This document shows, in pieces, positions 58,570 through 64,000 of a stretch of DNA of 64,000 nucleotides (the stretch's first letter is position 1; every line of letters begins with the position of its first letter). The position numbers were made by a program, and so were the translations under genes. Below the pieces are notes generated by a model. The model was not told the DNA's origin and did not search any database. It saw only the letters and a list, made by a program, of their open reading frames with translations. The DNA is from Nitrospirota bacterium (GTDB lineage Bacteria > Nitrospirota > UBA9217), in assembly GCA_963790205.1 (NCBI GenBank), contig CAWBNQ010000003.1, positions 928,001-992,000 on the forward strand, written 5' to 3'.

Positions 58570-59979
58570 TCAAAAATATCCCGGATACTGATCAGCGGCC
58601 AAACAGTCAAAGAGGTGAATCAGGCTTTTGCAACCTTTTTCCCAGTCGGCGATCAGAAGGCTTTCGTTTTCAGAATGGGCGGCCGTGTACGGGTCGCCGA
58701 CACCGAAGAGCAGGGCCGGTACGCCGCCGAGCGCGTCTGTCATGGTCTGTACAAACGGTATGGACCCGCCCGCCCCGACAACGACGGGTTTTTCCCCGTA
58801 GCCCTTTTCGAGCGCCGAAAGCGCCGCTTCAAACATCGGGCCCCGCGTATCGGTCCGCCACCAGCGCGAAGGCGATTCCGGCTCGATCTTCACCTCCACT
58901 CCCCAGGGCGCCTGTTTCAACAAGTGCTGCTTAAGCAGCGTGAGCGTCTCTTCCGGATCCATGTCGGGGACGATCCGGATGCCGACGCGCGCCCACGCCA
59001 CGTCGTTGATGATGTTTGCAGCCTGCTTGCGGCTGCTCGCCTCGATTGCGTTGACGGCAATAGACGGCCGGTGCCACATTTTTTCGTATACCGATCCGTC
59101 GCCGCCGGTGATCGCAACGCCTTCCAGAATATTCCCCTGTTTTCGATAGAGGGTTTCATCAAAGGGCAGGCTGTCCAGTGCCCTCTTTTCTGCCGGGGAG
59201 ATGCGTCGTACTTTGTCAAGCAGGCCCGGAATGGCGGGCCTGCCCTGTTCATCGACAAGGCTTGCGAGCATCTTTGACAATGCAAGTACCGGGTCCGGGA
59301 GCGGTCCGCCCCAGGTGCCCGAATGCACGCTCGACGAAAGGGAGCGCACCTCGACGTTCACCGTCACAATGCCGCGGAGCGAAGCGGTCAGAGAAGGGAC
59401 GCCGCTGTCGAAGTTTTCGCTGTCCGCAATAAGGACCACATCCGCCGAAAAAAGTTCTCGATGGTCCTGGAGCAGTTTATCCAGGTTCGTCGATCCCACC
59501 TCTTCCTCACCCTCGATCAAAACCTTCACGTTCACAGGCAGACCCCCGGTTGAAGCAAGATACGACGCGATGGCCGCGGCTTGCATCACGACCCCCGCTT
59601 TGTCGTCTGAGACCCCCCGTCCATACAGCCGTCCCTTTCGCTCGGTTGGCTCGAAGGGGGGAGATGTCCACAGTTCCTCCCGACCGATCGGCTGGACGTC
59701 ATGGTGAGCATACAGCAGGAGCGTCGGCTTCCCGGGCGCCCCCGTCCATTGACCGAATATTGACGGATGGCCGTCTCCGGTCTCAAGAATGCGGACGTTC
59801 TTGAGCCCGCTTCGTGACAGGAGCTTCGCCACGGCCCCGGCACTTATTCTGACCGGGACCGGATCGAAGCCCGGGAAACTCACGCTCGGGATGCGGACGA
59901 GGTCTTTGAGATCGTTCAGATGTTCAGCTTTATGTCTGCTGAAATGTTCGAGCGCGGAGTTCAGGGTTTGATTGCTCAT
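58570..59979 (-). CDS. M20-family metallo-dipeptidase
   Basis: YAHHDVQP, GRG.SDDK, EGEEEVGS, HSG, GGSIP, AHSENE. Confidence 0.9.
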   Translation of the reverse strand: MSNQTLNSALEHFSRHKAEHLNDLKDLVRIPSVSFPGFDPVPVRISAGAVAKLLSRSGLKNVRILETGDGHPSIFGQWTGAPGKPTLLLYAHHDVQPIGREELWTSPPFEPTERKGRLYGRGVSDDKAGVVMQAAAIASYLASTGGLPVNVKVLIEGEEEVGSTNLDKLLQDHRELFSADVVLIADSENFDSGVPSLTASLRGIVTVNVEVRSLSSSVHSGTWGGPLPDPVLALSKMLASLVDEQGRPAIPGLLDKVRRISPAEKRALDSLPFDETLYRKQGNILEGVAITGGDGSVYEKMWHRPSIAVNAIEASSRKQAANIINDVAWARVGIRIVPDMDPEETLTLLKQHLLKQAPWGVEVKIEPESPSRWWRTDTRGPMFEAALSALEKGYGEKPVVVGAGGSIPFVQTMTDALGGVPALLFGVGDPYTAAHSENESLLIADWEKGCKSLIHLFDCLAADQYPGYF

Positions 59980-60291
59980 GAAACACCTCTTCTGATGTGA
60001 TGACCTGACAGCGTATGAAAATACTTTTTTATTATATACTACATCCATCATTTCAACCAACTTTTTTTAATTTACCTCTATATGGGGAGAGGCGAAAAGG
60101 ACTTACCGCGCATGCCCGATCAAAATAAACGGCAGGGAGCGCCGGACAGGGAAAGCTTTAAAACAAATTAAGAATATCCTGCACGGACCATACTGCTTCC
60201 CGTATCGCGCGAATAACGTCGTATTCCGGAATAAAACAATATTATATTTTGGTGATATTAATTAAATAATATAAATGGCAACGAATAAAAC

Positions 60292-60336
60292 TTGACAAGA
60301 GCGGCCATGCCTGTTAATGTTGTGTGCATATGCACA
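60292..60336 (+). promoter_or_regulatory. Promoter TTGACA-N17-TAATGT followed by perfect palindrome TGTGCATATGCACA
   Basis: Palindrome at 60323-60336 over the expected start site. Confidence 0.75.
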
Positions 60337-60351
60337 ATAAAGAGGATGGAT

Positions 60352-60627
60352 ATGTCGCCAAGGTGCAAGAAGCCGCGGAACTGCAAATGCAAGTTTAAAG
60401 GCAAAGCGTTCAAGCCCACATGCATTCCGATGTCCGAGATCGAGCAGGTGCCCTTGTTGCGTGAAGAGCTTGAGGCTTTAAAACTTTGCGATCTTGATGA
60501 CCTTACTCAAGCGGAGGCCGGCACGAGGATGGGTGTATCAAGAGGAACCATTCAAAGAATCCTCACCGTTGCGAGGAAAAAGGTTGCGAAAGCCCTGAGC
60601 AAAGGCCAGGCTATCGTATTTGAATAA
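60352..60627 (+). CDS. DUF134-family HTH protein
   Basis: FKP..IP, EELEAL.L.D...L.Q.EA..RMGVSR.T..RIL..AR.K.A. Confidence 0.88.
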   Translation: MSPRCKKPRNCKCKFKGKAFKPTCIPMSEIEQVPLLREELEALKLCDLDDLTQAEAGTRMGVSRGTIQRILTVARKKVAKALSKGQAIVFE

Positions 60628-60661
60628 TCGTCGTATAAACCATACCAAGGAGGAACATCAC

Positions 60662-61042
60662 ATGAAAATCTGTTTTCCAGTCCAGAATGACAATGGCATC
60701 GAGAGCGCCGTGTACAATCACTTCGGCTCCGCACCGGTATTTGTCGTTTTCGATACGGACACGAACAGTGTCGCGTCGATCAACAATCGGGACCAGCACC
60801 ACACGCATGGCGCATGCAACCCGATGAAGGCACTTGACAATCAAAAAGTAGATGCTATTGTCGTTGGCGGCATCGGAGCGGGCGCGCTCACGAGGCTGAA
60901 CCAGATGGGGATCACGGTGCATCGCTCACAGGGGGAGACAATACGGGAAAATATTTCGATGTTTCAGGCTAAAACCCTTCCCGTACTGACGGTCCAGGGG
61001 TGCTGCGGCGGCCATAGCGACGACGGGGGCTGCGCCCATTAA
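60662..61042 (+). CDS. NifB/NifX-family protein
   Basis: HFGSAP.F, H.HGAC, GGIG.GA, C-terminal CCGGH..GCAH. Confidence 0.88.
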   Translation: MKICFPVQNDNGIESAVYNHFGSAPVFVVFDTDTNSVASINNRDQHHTHGACNPMKALDNQKVDAIVVGGIGAGALTRLNQMGITVHRSQGETIRENISMFQAKTLPVLTVQGCCGGHSDDGGCAH

Positions 61043-61073
61043 GAATCATCGTCAGCATCACAAGGAGAATAAG

Positions 61074-61442
61074 ATGGAAAACAAGGAATTCGTCTTCGTG
61101 CTCTCTCATTCGTATGATGCTATTGAACGCGCAGCTGCGGCGCTCCAACTTGCCACGAACATGGCGGCTTTCGACGCCAAAATAGATTTCTTTCTTATAA
61201 ATGAGGGAGTGCATCTCGCCAAAAAAGGATTCGCCGAATCGGTCACTTGGCAGAAGGGATTTTCACCTGTTGCTGAGCTTATGAAAAGCCTGGTTGAGGA
61301 GTTCGACTGCAAGTTTTATATCTGCGCATCCTGCGTAAAACCCTACGGGCTTGAAGGCGCTGAGTGGATTAAGAATGCAGAGGTCAAACCTGGCTCCTAT
61401 CTCGGCGAATTGCTTATGAAAAGGCAGAATGTGACGTTTTAA
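61074..61442 (+). CDS. DsrE-family protein
   Basis: FF..EGV.L, ICASC. Confidence 0.8.
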   Translation: MENKEFVFVLSHSYDAIERAAAALQLATNMAAFDAKIDFFLINEGVHLAKKGFAESVTWQKGFSPVAELMKSLVEEFDCKFYICASCVKPYGLEGAEWIKNAEVKPGSYLGELLMKRQNVTF

Positions 61443-61521
61443 AGAGGGTGCCGCTCACAGAATGATCCAAGCGTATCTCCGGAAAGAACTACGACTATCA
61501 CAGACAAAGAGGGAAAGAATT

Positions 61522-61923
61522 ATGGCTAGAATGCTGGCAGCAATCATCGTGAGCATCATGCTCGCTGCAGCAGTTAATCAGGCGCAGGCGGGCAATCCGC
61601 CAGCTCCGCTCAGTACTCCGGAGATAAGGCGGAGCATCAGCTCCGGCAAAAAGACGATCATCTTTTTTCTCAATCCGAACGGAGGCCCCTGTAGGGCTCA
61701 GAACGAGGTGCTCACCGGTCTTCAGAAGGACAGAAAGAACAATTTCAACGTTGCCTATGTGAGCGCAATGCAGCAGGAGAACCGGAAGGCTTTCTATGAC
61801 TATGGAGTGCGCGGTCTTCCGACGCTGGTGCTCGTGGACGGCAGCGGCAAGATCAACAGGGTGTTTCCTCCAGGCATCCAATCCTATGATGCTCTGGCAG
61901 CGGCGCTGGATGGCATCAAGTAG
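61522..61923 (+). CDS. Periplasmic thioredoxin-fold protein (GGPC, single Cys)
   Basis: Signal AQA/G; FF.NP.GGPC, YGVRGLPTL..VD..G. Confidence 0.78.
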   Translation: MARMLAAIIVSIMLAAAVNQAQAGNPPAPLSTPEIRRSISSGKKTIIFFLNPNGGPCRAQNEVLTGLQKDRKNNFNVAYVSAMQQENRKAFYDYGVRGLPTLVLVDGSGKINRVFPPGIQSYDALAAALDGIK

Positions 61924-62564
61924 TGGGTATTAATTTACCCAACATGGTTCTTGCCGTGGGCGCGGGTCTGGCGAGCGTGTTGTCGCCCTGCGTATTGCCG
62001 GTCGTGCCGGTCATCGTAGCTGGTGCAGACAGAAAGGACCGGCTTCGTCCCTTCTTGATCGTGCTTGGTCTGTCATCGACATTCATGGCCATGGGGGCGA
62101 TCTCATCGTTGTTCGGCGCCTACCTGATCGGCCGCACACGGTACATCGAGATCGCCGGCGACCTGATCATTATTCTCATGGGCGCGATGGTGCTTTTCGA
62201 CATGAGCGTTTTCAAACGCTTCTACCAGCTTTCAAATATTCAGGTGAACGGCAGCGGGCGTTTTAGCGGGCTGGTGCTCGGCATGGCTCTCGGCCTGGTC
62301 TGGGTGCCGTGCATCGGCCCTTTCCTGTCCAGCATCCTTGCCATGGTGGGAACGGATGGAAAAATATCGCAAGGCATCCTCATGCTCGGTTTTTACTCAA
62401 TCGGCCTTGCGATACCTATGCTTTTCGTAGCCTATTCATCACACATGCTCCAAAGCAGGCTTCGGGCGCTTGCACAGCATGATACAGTCCTGCGATACGT
62501 GTCCGGCAGCATTCTCATCGGGTTCGGAGTCTATTCGATCGCCATCGGGAACATCGCCTTTTAA
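61923..62564 (+). CDS. ccdA: CcdA/DsbD-type transmembrane electron transporter
   Basis: SPCVLP, W.PC.GP.L, YS.GL.IP. Confidence 0.88.
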   Translation: MGINLPNMVLAVGAGLASVLSPCVLPVVPVIVAGADRKDRLRPFLIVLGLSSTFMAMGAISSLFGAYLIGRTRYIEIAGDLIIILMGAMVLFDMSVFKRFYQLSNIQVNGSGRFSGLVLGMALGLVWVPCIGPFLSSILAMVGTDGKISQGILMLGFYSIGLAIPMLFVAYSSHMLQSRLRALAQHDTVLRYVSGSILIGFGVYSIAIGNIAF

Positions 62565-62669
62565 CGGCCTAGGGATCATGAGTCGTTAGGGAATTCCATG
62601 TGTTTACTTTACCCAAAAGCGGATAAGTACCGGCACCAGAAAAAAGAATCCCGGCTAAAGGAGGCAGTT

Positions 62670-63125
62670 ATGAAAACAGCAAGAATTGTCAGCGTGGCAG
62701 TTGCGTTATCAGTGCTTTTTCTCTTTTCGGCCGCCCTTGCGGGCCCCTGGCAAGGCTGGCGAGGGAGCGGGGGGTGGGGGATGGGCTCATCCTACCAGAG
62801 GATGTACAACCCGGCGACGGTGGAGACCGTTTCGGGCGTTGTTGAATCAGTGGACAAAATCACGCCGGTGAAGGGGATGTATTCGGGTATCCATCTCGCG
62901 CTTAAGACCGACAAGGAGACCATAGCCGTTCATCTCGGCCCGGAATGGTACATTGAGCGGCAGGACGTGAAGCTCGAAAAAGGCGACAAGATCGAGGTGA
63001 AGGGATCACGGATAACCTTCGATGGCAAACCGGCCATCATCGCGGCAGAGTGCAAAAAAGGTGACAGCGTTCTTGTCCTGCGGGATAGCGCGGGCGTTCC
63101 CGCATGGGCGGGGTGGAGAAGATAA
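62670..63125 (+). CDS. Periplasmic OB-fold protein (MamS/MamX-like domain)
   Basis: Signal; Y.P.TVET..G.V, VHLGP.WY, GD.IEV.GS, LRD..G.P.W. Confidence 0.7.
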   Translation: MKTARIVSVAVALSVLFLFSAALAGPWQGWRGSGGWGMGSSYQRMYNPATVETVSGVVESVDKITPVKGMYSGIHLALKTDKETIAVHLGPEWYIERQDVKLEKGDKIEVKGSRITFDGKPAIIAAECKKGDSVLVLRDSAGVPAWAGWRR

Positions 63126-63197
63126 ATAATTTAAAAAGGCCCGTTCTAAGCCGGGGCGGGCTCTTTCCTTGACCAAAAGGAACGATGGGGAGTCATT

Positions 63198-63680
63198 ATG
63201 TCTGAGAACGAGAAGGAAGAGCTGGAGGGGTCCTTAACAGGATATAAACAGAAAATCAACCATCTGTCCAAGGCGACACTGTCCTGGGACAAGGAACTGA
63301 TATTCGTCGGCAGGACCCAGGAAGGGTATGAGATAGAGTTTGACGCCCATGTCCAGTGGGGCTGCAAACCGACGGACGGCCTTCTCTTGAGCCTTGCCGG
63401 GTGCATGGGAATCGACGTGGTCATGTTCCTGCAAAAGATGAAAATGGAACTGGAAAGCTTCAAAGTGGACATTATCGGCGAGAGGAACCCCACTCCGCCG
63501 CAATATTTTAAAACAGTTGACCTGGTCCTGCATCTGAAAGGGAAAAACCTCAATCCCAAGAAAGTCGCCCGCGCCGTATCCCTTTCGCACGAAAAATACT
63601 GCTCCGTTTACAACTCACTGCGAAAAGACATGGATGTAAAGGTCTCGTATAACATTACCGATACCGCGTCCGGCAATTAA
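63198..63680 (+). CDS. OsmC/YhfA-family protein
   Basis: P...LL.SLAGC...DV, LS.EKYCSV. Confidence 0.88.
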   Translation: MSENEKEELEGSLTGYKQKINHLSKATLSWDKELIFVGRTQEGYEIEFDAHVQWGCKPTDGLLLSLAGCMGIDVVMFLQKMKMELESFKVDIIGERNPTPPQYFKTVDLVLHLKGKNLNPKKVARAVSLSHEKYCSVYNSLRKDMDVKVSYNITDTASGN

Positions 63681-63717
63681 TTTTCACGTTCATAACCATG
63701 GAAGGAGAATAATAAAA

Positions 63718-64000
63718 ATGAGAAAAAAATGGCTCATGTTTTCCCTTGTACTTGTCCTGAGCGCGGGTCCCGCAATGGCGGACGATCTTGCGAAATTTCA
63801 GGAAGAGAGCCGCGCTGTTGTTAAAGAAATGGTTTCCAGGCTTGGCGGCGCGCTGCAGAAAGAGATGACGGCAAATGGCCCGGCTGCGGCAATCACGGTA
63901 TGCAAGGACCTTGCCCCGGCAATTACCTCCGATCTTTCCCGCAAGACCGGGCAGCGCATCACGCGGGTTTCCTTAAGGACACGAAATCCCCTGCTTGGCT
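63718..64000 (+). CDS. DUF3365/Tll0287-like periplasmic protein, truncated by window end
   Basis: MRKKWLMF... signal; L..AL..E....GP..AI.VC...AP.I ... I.RVSL..RNP. Confidence 0.75.
   Translation, partial: MRKKWLMFSLVLVLSAGPAMADDLAKFQEESRAVVKEMVSRLGGALQKEMTANGPAAAITVCKDLAPAITSDLSRKTGQRITRVSLRTRNPLLG

Overview
Bacterial chromosomal window of about 55-60% GC. Gene style suggests Nitrospirota or Desulfobacterota, which is an inference. Positions 1-31 kb form a phosphate-starvation accessory region: seven promoters carry an 11-bp-periodic direct repeat ([GT]TAA[CT]A on the coding strand), six of them 9-10 nt above a TATnnT -10, and a phoB-phoR pair lies at 43-46 kb. Genes below these boxes are a PHP / GT21 glycosyltransferase / OlsF-like acyltransferase operon, a porin, a secreted metallophosphatase, psiE-GH1, and an undescribed TPR / NPNSSS-peptide / radical SAM-SPASM / STEAP-like / HupE-UreJ operon. 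A + strand cluster at 19.5-27.2 kb resembles ferrosome or calcyanin-type biomineral loci (DUF5132-like, HMA_2/CoBaHMA-type domains, Gly-zipper 22-mer repeat protein). It differs in having an HMA_2-fused P2A Ca-type ATPase, a MetK paralog without its methionine-binding residues and a CDF with a degenerate metal site, and it is bracketed by twin double-zinc-ribbon genes. Positions 47-58 kb are housekeeping (DUF502, glmU, glmS, pcrA, gatC-panD-gatA-gatB, SurA-like), with an AT-rich patch inside gatB and heptamer-repeat hairpins at gene ends. Positions 60-64 kb hold a DUF134/NifX/DsrE/Trx/CcdA/OsmC redox operon. No rRNA, tRNA, CRISPR array or intact mobile element was recognised. All family calls are by eye from motifs; no database searches were run.
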